A program made the position numbers and the translations under genes. From Selaginella moellendorffii (Eukaryota > Plantae > Lycopodiophyta), in contig NW_003314282.1 of the NCBI RefSeq assembly GCF_000143415.4, forward strand, positions 407,700-471,699: a DNA stretch of 64,000 nucleotides, given 5' to 3'. Shown here piece after piece: positions 35,930 to 47,169 of this stretch; position 1 is the stretch's first letter; each line of letters starts with the position of its first letter. Under the pieces are notes generated by a model. The model made no database searches. It was not told the origin of the DNA and was given only the letters and a program-made list of their open reading frames with translations.

Positions 35930-38710
35930 TTGGTTATGCTATTTGGTGGGTTATATGATTTCAAGGTTGTTCATTGTTCGGGGCATTCTATGGCTATAGA
36001 ATTCTTGAGCTCTTCTTCCTTCCTCGCTCTTTTCTCATATTTTTCACGATTCTATTATTTTAGCATTTATGGATTTTCTAAACAAAGATTCTATATTGTT
36101 AACAATTATTATACTTGATGTTTAGTGTTCATAAGGTGCAGAGCAAGATTTACCTTCTCTTGATAAGGTTTATGAAACTTAAAAGGTGAATTTATAAATC
36201 CAAAGGCTTTTTGATGGGTTTGAAAATTTTACATCACTTGTTAATGACTTGTTATTTTGGTAGTTACATTTTCAAAATCACTTTAAAGAAGACCTTTATT
36301 TTATAAGGAAGGATTTTAATGATCATTTATGGCTGATGGTACCTTCAATCTTTATTCCACGCTCTCTCTATACCTATTATGATTCTCTTATTTTAAGTGG
36401 GTATATGAAACATTATCATATGATTGAGAAGTTGCAAAAGTTTTTCTATTCACTAAAGATGCAATGTGATATTATCCAGTATGTGTATAGTTATGTTTGG
36501 TGCCAAGCTCATATAATACTCTCCCTCATGTTGTGAAAGGACAATTAGAGTCAATTGCAATTTTCTATCTGTTTGAGTTAGTGGCGTTTAATATGATGGG
36601 GCCTTTATGGTTGACTACTAGCAATAAGTATTTCATTATTGCTTCTGACTATTTCACTCATTGGGTGGAAATCAGCACTTTTGCTAGTGTATTTGCAATT
36701 GTTGTTAGATACTTCCTACTCAATTGAATAGTGTTCTAGCATTCCTAATACTCTCAAATAATGGTCTCACATTTATTGTTAAGGCATTTTATATTTTAAT
36801 ATTTCAATTGGGAATACATCAAGTGGATTAAGACATCTATCGATAAAGTCAGCAATCACCTTTGGCATACTGTAGAAAACTTTGTCCATCATCTACTGAA
36901 AAGTCACTAAAGTATTGTTTAAACCAAACAGTATCACCAAAAACTCATACAAACCAAATGATGTATAAAAAACAGTCTTGGGAATATCTTCCTTAGACAT
37001 GGGGATTTGCTAATACCCAAAAGTATGATTTAACTTAGTGAATTAACAGTTTCTCCTCAGACGATCTACAAGATCAGTAATATGAGGAAGAAGGTACACA
37101 TCTAGAATTGTCACTTCGTTTAACGGACGATAATTAATGCAGAAACAAATACTCCCATTAAACTTCGTCACAAGTTAAGGTTCATATGCCTAAGGACTTT
37201 ATGACTTTCAAATAACACATTTTTCCAATATCTCTTTGATATTTGCACGTAAAATTTTGATCTCTTTTGGTGATCGACGACGAATAGAAATCTTGATTGG
37301 ACAAACATTCTCAGTTAGAATAAGATGACTCTTGGCCCTAGATAACAAGTCAAATTGGTGAACCATTACAACACAAAAATTGTCAAAGGGGTCTAAAGAG
37401 GGAATAGAGGAATAAAACAGAAATATAGGAGGAAGTAATGAGGAGACAAAAGTGATAGAATCAAGGGTAGAAGCAAAGAAACAAAAAGGAACAAAAGTGA
37501 GAGGAATTAAAAAAATATAAGAAAGTATGAAAAAAATAGGAGAAGTTTCAAAGTCACACTTGGCATGATTGCACCGCAACCAATCTATACCAAAGATGAA
37601 GTCAAAAGCTTGATTTGGCATCACCTGCAATGACTACAACTTAAACTCAAGATTGCCCACATGTATAAATAGGTCCGCTTCATCCCATGGACATAAGTGT
37701 GTATTACTATTGCAATAAAGAATGAAAACTAGCTCTGCCGCACAATGTAAATATAGATGGTAACGTGTGGTAACATGCTGAGTAATAGAAGATAAATTCA
37801 AGCCTATATTAACCTACATGGATAGAATAATAGAAGATATGTTGTTATAAAAACGAGCTTGGAAAGTAAACACTAAATGAACTGATGTTGAGTAAACCCC
37901 TTAATGATACTCCCGAAAGAAAAATGAAAGAGTCATTGATTTATTTGTACAAATGTGACTCATATGACTCTCATTTCTTATAAGCATCTCAGTGTCAAGC
38001 CTTTCCATTGTAGTACCACCAATAGAACATTGTTAATACTAAGGTCTCCACCTAGGAAATAGAGGTTGCCAATTCGAAAAACATTGACAATATTGAAGTA
38101 TGACTAACTTTATCACATGCCCAACAGCGGACATTATGGCCATGATTATGTCCACGCTCTTATCCTTGAAGTCAGGCAGTAACATCAACCTCAATTGGAA
38201 TAGGACCATTTCTCATAGGAAGTGGAGTTAAAAAATGTGCAGTGAGAAGTGAAAGAAGCAATATTTCATAATATTGTGCTAAGAAAAGAGTATTGTCAAA
38301 GGTGGTTAGAACAAATATATACACAAGTTCTATAAAATTTTGATAAAATGCTGATCACAACATTTCTAATTTAATTTGCTTTAATATATTTAGCTCTGCA
38401 AGAAGCAAGAGGTTTTACAAATGAATGCTAAATTACATCACTGTTTTAGATAACCCTTGATAAAGATGATGTAATTGTTAAAAGGCATCATCATAATTAT
38501 TAACATGTCCAAATGTGCATTTAAAAACATATGGGAGAGTGCTTCAATCCACACAAGTGATTATGCTTAAACCATTATACAATTGTAGCACTGTCCTTTG
38601 GAAATATGTAGGAAACTTATACAAACATTGAACATCATCCCAAAAATGATATGTCATAATCATTGTAAAATGATCGAACTAATAGTACATATTAACCCTA
38701 AGATTTCCAT
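35930..38710. mobile_element. Heavily mutated, rearranged remnant of the element A family
   Basis: 35930-36820 (+) aligns to A RNase H end/integrase; 36820-38710 (-) aligns to A gag-PR-RT (WLRCNHAKCDFE, RRSPKEIKILRAN). Confidence 0.85.
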
Positions 38711-40065
38711 GAATTTTATTTAAATATAGATTAAAAATAATATATATTTCATATGTAATTTTTTTAATTATAGTAAAGTTTTTGAAATGTTTAAAATATC
38801 TCAAATATAATTCTAGATATTTCTTTTATCAAATTATTTTTATTGTGACTCATGACTATAAAAGCTCTATCATTCAAGCTTTATTAAAATAATTAACTGT
38901 AGTTATTTTTAAAACACTTTCACTAATATAAAATATGTGTTTATGAAAATATCATATTTATTTTATAAAATGGCTTATCAAAATTGGCAATAGTGATAAA
39001 ATATTAGAATAGTCATATCTCTCTTCAAATATAACCAACTTTATATTTTTCTTTCCAAGGTATATATCAGTTAAATAACTTCATGTACAAATACTTCCAA
39101 CCTTTTAATGAAGACAATCTAATTTCATTTGATAAATGCTTCTATATAATTAACATAGTATACACTGAAATTCTCAAGTAAAATTTAATGTAATTTACCC
39201 TAGATAGCTGGTATGTTTTTTGTTTTGTGTTTTCTTTATTTTTGTGTTGATGAAATATTTTATTTACATTCATTTGTTTCACTATTTTTTATTGAGCTTG
39301 TAAAAGTGATAAAGATGGGTACCCTGGATAAAATTGAAATTGAAATTTATTTATTTATTTTGCAGGACATCTTACTTAATATACATAAATTCTTTATAGT
39401 TATTAGTGTTTAAATATATTAATAGAATATTTGTTACAGAGATTTATTTTATTTATTTAATTTGATTTTTTCGAACACTAAGGCTAAAAGACAATTTTAA
39501 ATAGCTAATAACCGTAATTAGAAATAGAATCAATTTCATTTAGAGTTTCCCAGGTGGTTTGTCACGTGTCATGTTTTCCATCGTGGTGATAGTGAGGGAG
39601 AAATCATTGCTATAGCAGCTACTCTAGGCATTCGTACATGCCGCGCTTTATTTTGAATCCTCGTTGCCCTCATGGCCGTTGGATGGGAAGGCAACTAACG
39701 GTGAGATCTACTCGAATCTTTGTTCAGATGACCGAATCTTCCACCACCCGGCGGTAGCACGTCACTCGCAGGTAGCCCACATTCCTATTGTTTTCCTTGG
39801 ATTGGAGGTATTTTTTAGCCCACAGCCCTAAAGGAGGCCTCTAGCGTTGTTGCAAGGGACTCGTCAGAGTCGATCGATTCAAATGTTCTAGGTGCGCGAG
39901 GAATCCTTGGCGGCGTAGCGCCCCTGGGATCGTGTTTTCGTCCTCATCAGATCAGGTATTTTCGATTCTCGAGCTGTTCTTCACATTTTCCATGTGATTC
40001 CAGGCGACTCTCCTCCTCGATGACGCGATTCCAATGACGACGCCGCGGTATCGGAGAAGCTGGAG

Positions 40066-41674
40066 ATGATCGTCGGCTTCTTGATCGTGTTCTTGGCTAG
40101 TTCCTGCTCGGGTAGGCTCTGTTTTCCTCTCGCTCGCCCTAAAAGCTGTGAACAATCTTTCCGTGCTTTGGCAGCATTCGTGGGTGTGAACTACGGCACC
40201 GATGGCGACAATTTGCCCACTCCACAGCAAGTGGTGGATTTCCTGCAGAGGCAGCAAATCTCCCACGTCCGGATCTTTGACACCGACGCGGGGCTCCTCC
40301 AGGCATTCGCCGGATCCAACATCCAGGTGCTCGTCGGGATTCCAAACGAGGAGATCCTCAGCGTGGGAAAATCCAATGCCTCGGCGGTGGACTGGGTGAA
40401 GAAGAACGTCATGACTTATCTCCCAGGTACCAACATCACAGGGATTGTTGTGGGCAGCCAAGTTCTCACGGATTACTCCAGTGCTGCTGCCTCGCTGGTT
40501 TCTACCATGAGGTACATTCATGCTGCTCTCGTGGCCGCCAACCTCGACGACCAAGTGAAAGTCTCCACACCGCATGGAACTGCGGTCATCCAGAACTGGT
40601 TTCCTCCGTCGGCGGCGGTTTTCAATCAGAGCTACGCGGAGACTGTCATGAGGCCGATGCTCGACTTCCTGGCCGACTCGAGTTCCTACTTCATGCTCAA
40701 CTTCTATCCTCTGGCGATCTACGCGCAGAACCAGCAGACCATGTCCATCGACTTCGCCCTCTTCCGTCCCAACTCGGGACAGATCGACTCCAGCACCAAT
40801 CTCCTCTACACGAACCTCTTTGAGACGGTCATCGATGGGGTGTACAGTGCTATGGCGGCTCTCAACTTCACAGGCATGCCGCTGGTGGTGAGTGAGACGG
40901 GGTGGCCATCGAGAGGTGATCCTGCGGAGGTGGCGGTCTCGCTCGACAATGCTGCGACTTATGCGAGTAACTTTGTGAGGCACATCCTCAACAACACTGG
41001 AACTCCTCGCAGACCCGGTCTCGCCATGAATGCCTATATGTACGAGCTCTTCAACGAGGACATGCGGCAAGGCGCGACGTCAGAGAAGAACTACGGGCTG
41101 TTTTATCCGGACCAGACTCCAGTCTACACCGTCGACTTGACTGGGGCGAGCTTAGCGAGTGGCAATGGTACCAGAGTTCCATCCTGGTGTATTGCCAAGG
41201 AAGGCATGAGCACCAGCAGTTTACAAGCGGCACTGGACTACGCCTGTGGACAGGGTCGGGCCGATTGTAGCCAGCTTCAACCAGGACAGCAATGCTACTT
41301 CCCGGACACGGTTTTGGATCACGCAAGCTATGCCTTCAATAAGTACTACCAGAAGGCGATGATGGCACCAGGGAGCTGCGACTTCGCTGGAGTGGCCACA
41401 GTTACTTTCACGGATCCAAGTAAGTTAACCGCCTTCACAGTTTCTTGTTGTGTTAATTGTAATCTCTTTGCTTCCCAGGTCATGGACAGTGTCGATTTCC
41501 TACAATGTAAGTGTTGCATTTCGTTACATGGTTGTCTAATCTTTCGTTTGTGGTTCCAGTGTTCCACAGCAGAATACAACATCCCCCAATGTGACAAGAA
41601 GTTTTGGACAATCATTTAAGATTCCGCCGAGCACTGGACTCTTGTTTCTTTCGGTTGCTCTTTTCTGGAGCTAA
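40066..41674 (+). CDS. GH17 beta-1,3-glucanase-like protein with X8 (CBM43) domain and probable GPI signal; exons 40066-40111, 40175-41419, 41479-41506, 41560-41674
   Basis: Signal peptide, GVNYG, SETGWPS, YELFNED, SEKNYGLF, X8 WCIAK...LDYACG...HASYAFN; GT-AG introns; hydrophobic C-terminus. Confidence 0.92.
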
Positions 41675-42030
41675 AACAATTTTGATGCATTACCTTCCTT
41701 TCGCTACACGATGTGAGTCCTTCCATTTTCCATGTTTCCAGAGCTCAAAACTAAACTAGCTACGTGCTTGCACTTGTTTCTCTCAGCTCCTATTGATTCA
41801 AAGCAACTTCGAAGTCGAGGTGCTTTCGGAAGTCCTTGCGGACTCCTCCACGATTGGAGCAATGTCGTACAGCTCGTAAATCGCTTCTCCCCGCAAAGCT
41901 TCTCGAGTTTTTCACCCGTATCGAACAGGCGCGAAAGAAATCCAGGTTGTGAATCGTGGATATTGTCTTTGGCTTTGACACGCGTGGTCAAAGCCAGAGG
42001 TTTAGTTGATCAAAGTAAATTAGGGTCGAA

Positions 42031-42446
42031 ATGCAGCGTCTCCCGCCAGTGCCTCTGGTTGCCAGTCTTCCCAAGTTGCGCTTGAGCGCGACCAGGTCAG
42101 CCAGCAGCCGCGTGGTATCGATGCAACCACTGCAAGCCAGCCGACCCAGATCGCTCTACATGCCATTCCCGGACGATGGCCGAGACCTGCTTATCAAGAG
42201 TGTGGCGGAGCAGTGTGGAATAGAAGCTGTCCACCAGGAAGACACCTTTGAGTCTTTGGGATGCGACGAGCTAGATTTGGTACGCGTGTTTATCCCTCTC
42301 TTTCTCTTGTCAGGTGAAAATTCCTTGTTGCCCAGGTTGAGATCTCCATGGCTTTAGAGGATTGTGGATTTTGTCTGGAGGGAGATCCAATTCCATTGTT
42401 GGAGGAGACTGTAGGAGGCGCATGTCGTCGCATGAAGAGGCTGTAA
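42031..42446 (+). CDS. Acyl-carrier-protein-like protein with transit-peptide-like N-terminus; exons 42031-42279, 42336-42446 (119 aa)
   Basis: FESLGCDELDL|VEISMALE...ETVGGA aligns to ACP LGxDSLDxVEIxMxLE...TVxDA; 56-nt GT-AG intron at the position recalled for plant ACP genes. Confidence 0.7.
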
Positions 42447-42625
42447 CATTTGGTGCACTGGAAGAATCGAATTAATCCTAATCTCTTTGTTCTTTAAATC
42501 CTGTCACGTGTCATTGACCGGTGCCACGCTGTTGTGCCACATGGACAAATTTGCCACGTGTTTCTTATGTAAAATTTTATGTTTAATGCGCAGTTGACTT
42601 GAATAGTTTAGGGTTCTTGAGAGGT

Positions 42626-44109
42626 ATGGCGAGTAGTAGGTCCGTGGTGGTGTACGAGAACGATGGCGGGGCGCTCTACAATTACGTAAACAGCTACCTC
42701 TCCTCTCTCACAGTCAATCCGGAGCAGCCGGCGCTCTTCAGGGCGAGCTTGATCGACGACAAGACGCCCCTCATCTTGGGGCTCCAGCCGGGCTTTCCCG
42801 TGCGTGACAAGTTCCAGGGCCTGGATTTCGAGTGGAGCACGGGCGTGGCCACTGATGAATCGCGCTATGTCATGGCGGCGTTCCCGCCGCACTGCTCCAA
42901 CGACGTGATCCAGGCCTACTTTTCTCACCTCACCACCGCCTCCAAGCGCCGCCGCCTTTTCACCGTGAGGCCACCTGGTATGCACGAGATGAGCTGGGCG
43001 AGCTGCGAATTCGATCATCCCGCGAGCTTGGAGACGCTGGATTGCTCCATGGATGCCGAGCTCAAGCAGGAGCTGGTCAAGGATCTGGAGGCGTTTGCGG
43101 GAGCTCGGGATTACTACAGGAGCATTGGGAAGGCGTGGAAGAGGAGCTACCTCGTTTATGGCCGCCAAGCGACTGGCAAGGACCAGCTCGTGGCCGCCAT
43201 AGCCAACAAGCTCGGCTACGATGTTTACGATCTCGACACTGGCTTGGTGGGGAACAGGCGCAACTCAAGGAGATCTTTATGAGAACCGGGAGGAAGGCAG
43301 TGGTCTGTGTTCATGGGATCGATAGCCCGTCGCCCATGACGGTGAAAATGGCGGATGTTTTGGATGTGAGCGATGGACTGTGGGCTCCGGACGAGAGGAT
43401 CTTTGTGTTCGTGTCGGACGAATCTAAGCCGGACACCGTCTTCCGGGGCTGCCGGGGCCGGATCGATTTCTACGTGGCCATGGACACCAGCGGCTTCCAG
43501 ATGCTCAAGAGGATAGTGAAGCTCCACTTGGGCGTGGAGGATCACAGGCTCCTGGGCGAGATCAAGGGGCTGATGATGGACCGGGAGATGGAGGTGGATG
43601 TTGGGGAGCTGCTGGCGCTGGTGCTGGGAATGAACAGCGGCTCCAATCCGGATGCGCTGCTCGAGAAGGTGGCGGCGCATCTCAAGAGCAAGAAACCGGC
43701 CTTTCCTGCAAGATTTGGGCCTCCACCATCGCCCTTACCACCGCCTACTTTCGGGCACCCCTTCGGTCAGTCGTCCGGGAGCGGAGTCTGGCAGGCTTTC
43801 GGTCAGTCGGCGCGGGACTTCTTTGGCGAAGGAGGAGGTCTGTCGTCCGGGGGCTTGGTTGGCGGAAGAGGAGGTTCGTCCGGGGGCTTGTTTGGCGGAG
43901 GAGGAGGTTCGTCCGGCGATCAAGGAGCTCCAGCGACGCAAGCAAGCACGCCCAGTGTCGCATTTGGGGTGGCGGCGTCGATGGCGGAGGTGTCCCCGGA
44001 GGAGGCGCGCGCCACGTTCCACGACCTGAACAAGCATTATGGCATGACCATGGACAACTTGGATGCAAACTCCCCATTCTACAAATCCCAATCCCCCAAA
44101 ACCCAGTGA
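42626..44109 (+). pseudogene. BCS1-like AAA protein gene with one frameshift (~43250) and Gly/FG-rich tail
   Basis: FDHPASLETL, ELKQELVKDLEAF, YYRSIGKAWKRSYLVYG and DGLW..ERIFVF..GRIDF; 1-nt shift relative to the paralog. Confidence 0.8.
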
Positions 44110-45484
44110 AGAAAAGAAGAAAACAAAGCACTGCTGATACCTCTACTTGTGTCTGTGAGTTCGCACGTGTTGCTCACTAGCATTTCCTCTGTAAGGTGTG
44201 GATTGATCACTTTTGAGCTCACAGCCACTCAATGAAAAGTCAATGAATTTTACTCGCTCGCTAAAAGCCTAAAACCGTCCATAAATGACAACTGGCCTAC
44301 ATTCGTCCAGGAACTTGGATCTCAGCTCCGGCTAGATCACTACTCCAGGGCAAGGAATTCTTTGATCCAGATGCATGGCAGCTGCCAGTACCTACAAGAA
44401 GCCTGATCAATCATCCATAGCACCTGTTGAGAATGGGCCAACTTTGTCTTTCCCAAAGAGATCAACAGGGCTAGGTCATCCAGGAGGGAGAGGAAGATAG
44501 ATTGTTGGAAGCTGCTCCTCTTTGATGGCATCCCAACTTTGGATGCCACCAAAAAAGTGAATTTTTTTCTTGAAACAAGCTCTTTGAGTGCCATAAATGC
44601 TTATAATTTTCTAGTGTGAGAAATTTAATTTTTAAATCATCTAGAAATTTATTTAATTTAAATATACAAATAATTTTTAAATTTTTTAAAAATATACAAA
44701 GTATTGAAATACTTCTAAAAATGTCAAATTAATCATTAATAATAATAATAGTTTTGCAATAAGAATAAATGTGTCAAAAAAATTTTATTAAAATTTATTT
44801 TAAAAACTATAAAATCATTAAAAAACTTTATCCCACTACTTTTTTTTTTAATTCTTTTCGCAAACTATAGTAAGTGGATAAAATCAATCCGACTGACAAA
44901 GATATATATTAATTTTAATTTATATTTAAATATCATAATCGAATACTTATTGCCCCTAGACATAAGACACAAAAAACAATTATAAATTAATCATATTTAA
45001 AATGATACATTATGAATATCAACTTTTGCCAAAACAATCCTACATCTTATATGTCATATTTTTAATTATGATAAAGTTTTTAAAATATTAGTATACTTTT
45101 GCAATTTAAATTGTTATACAAATAAGAAAAATTCAAAAATCATATATAACTATACTCACTTATATCACCTTCTTTCGTAGTTAAGGTTTTGAAATTTAAA
45201 TTCAATATAAATTTATAAAATCTAATATTCACATTATATCATATAATAAAAGAATAAATAATTTCTTTGGCTTTTTAATTTATCATTAACTTAAATTTTA
45301 ATTTTTAAATTAAAATCAATTAAACTTTTGAAAAATAAACCAATAATATTGATTTATATAATATTTATTTAGTGATAAACATCATTAATTTCAAAGAAAG
45401 TTGAAATATGTTTTTTAGAGCAACTATGAGTTAACCATCCTTCATGCCAGCGGCAACACCACACCACAATCGCTCTTCACTGCC

Positions 45485-45560
45485 CTCCTCCTGGTTTTCA
45501 CCAAGATCTCCTTGAGTTGCGCCTTTTCGCCACCAAGTCAGTGTCAAGATCGTAAACACT
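45485..45560 (-). pseudogene. Short fragment of AAA gene
   Basis: ccctcctggttttcaccaagatctccttgagttgcgcc matches 4623-4660. Confidence 0.7.
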
Positions 45561-45639
45561 CTCCTCTTTTCTCTTCCTCTGCCCATTCTTATCTCCTTTT
45601 CTCACCCCCTCTCTATGGCAGTCTTCCTCGTTGCCACTA

Positions 45640-46080
45640 GCTGGGGCGTGAGATTGCGGGAATTCCAGAGAGCAGTAGTGATTCTCGTCATTTGTTGAGA
45701 AAGAGCCATGGCCATTGGAGGTTTGGATCCGCTATTAGTGTGTTCCATGATGAGCGGGTTTGCAGCATCCTCTCCCACAATTTGCATACAAGTCAGTCGC
45801 TGGCCACGAAGACATGGAACTCACACCCGGACTTGGCAGCTTGCGAGTGAACAGCCTTGCCAAGGCCTGCTTCCTTTTGGGTATCTTCTCGGACAGCCAG
45901 TTTTCCGAGCACCTTGCTCTCTTCTCTGGCGGCCCATGTGATCACGGCCACCAGGAAAGTCCATGATCTCTTGTCTCCATTTTTGCCATAACCAAGATCC
46001 TCTTGCCACCATCTGGTCGAGAACTCTACAAGCATCACGCAAGCTTCCAAACTTGTACAAACAAGGCACGACCTTGTCAG
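45640..46080 (-). pseudogene. Possible decayed PPR gene fragment
   Basis: LYKFGSLRDACRVLDQMVARGSWLW resembles the PLS-class motif YxKCGSLxDAxxVFDxM. Confidence 0.4.
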
Positions 46081-47169
46081 AGTAACAGCCACTTGGTGGA
46101 TCCTATTTAATCTCAATGCAGCAAAGGATCAGTTCAAATACAAGTGAAGACGCCAATAAAGCAATCCAAATTGTATCATACTTCAAGTGCAAAACTATCA
46201 AAATAGCATACAGATATCTAAATATGTTCTAAATGCAAACATCTTCAGCTGAAGAGAGTATACTTCACTTTATATTTAACTTAAACATAGTAGAATTGAT
46301 TAGGAGAAGAAAATCATGTCTCCAAGATTAAGAATTTGCTTTGCTTTGCTTTGGATAGCAACACTGCATATTAGCAATTATAAATAGAATAAGAAATTTA
46401 ATAGGCTGGTTACTTTTGATTCATTGTGCAAGTGGATCTCAAGTATGATAACATCAATATCAACTTACAAATGCTCAAGAAAACGTTTCTAAAACAGCAT
46501 ATTGAATTATATTTAAGTGTTTCTTTTATTTGCAAGATGATAAATGTTCTTTCAAGAGTAGAGTATCAAGGAAGAATGGGAGTAGTGCCAGAGGCAATTG
46601 AAGTAATCCTGCTATTGTGTGATTGCAATTGCAATAAGTGTCATCAATGAGCATTTCAAATCCTGGTTTGGTTTTGAAAACCTATAAATATCTATAGATT
46701 ATCCTAGTATATTCTTAAATATTCCTTATTTGAGATTTTTTGTACTTCATAAATTTTCTCTAATGATACATAACTACATGGCTTAGATTGAATGTTATGA
46801 TTCTGTGGTTATAAACATTTGAATATTTATAATCTTTAGACCATTTTACTTTCTAACTTTTTCCCAAAAAAGATGAAGTCCCCCCACTAAGTTTTTTTTC
46901 TTGGTTATTTCTATTTATTAAAACAGTCTACCAACCTCCTGACTACTTCTAACAAGTGTGGGATCCTCAAGCAGCATGAAGATGGTGCCAAGATACATCA
47001 GATATTGTTGCATTTGGATGAGCTTGTCAACAAGTATCAAGTATCGGAGGATCTTATGAAAGAGCTCTTCAATTGCTTAGAGAGGAAGAATGTATTGTCA
47101 CTATTTTTTAGAGAATGGGAAGAGTTTGTGCTATCAAAACATTGGAAACAGTCATGTTTTGATTGGCGT

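Noticed and set aside
40112-40174. ORF track reads through this segment and on to 41619
   Set aside because: It is a 63-nt in-frame GT-AG intron; the true C-terminus needs two more splices and ends at 41674.
39952-41070. 372-aa minus-strand ORF
   Set aside because: Antisense shadow of the GC3-rich GH17 exon.
41704-41991. Minus-strand ORF (DTGEKLEKLC) with relatives at 189-449 and 5273-5551
   Set aside because: Frames are not conserved among copies and no domain is recognised; treated as duplicated spacer.
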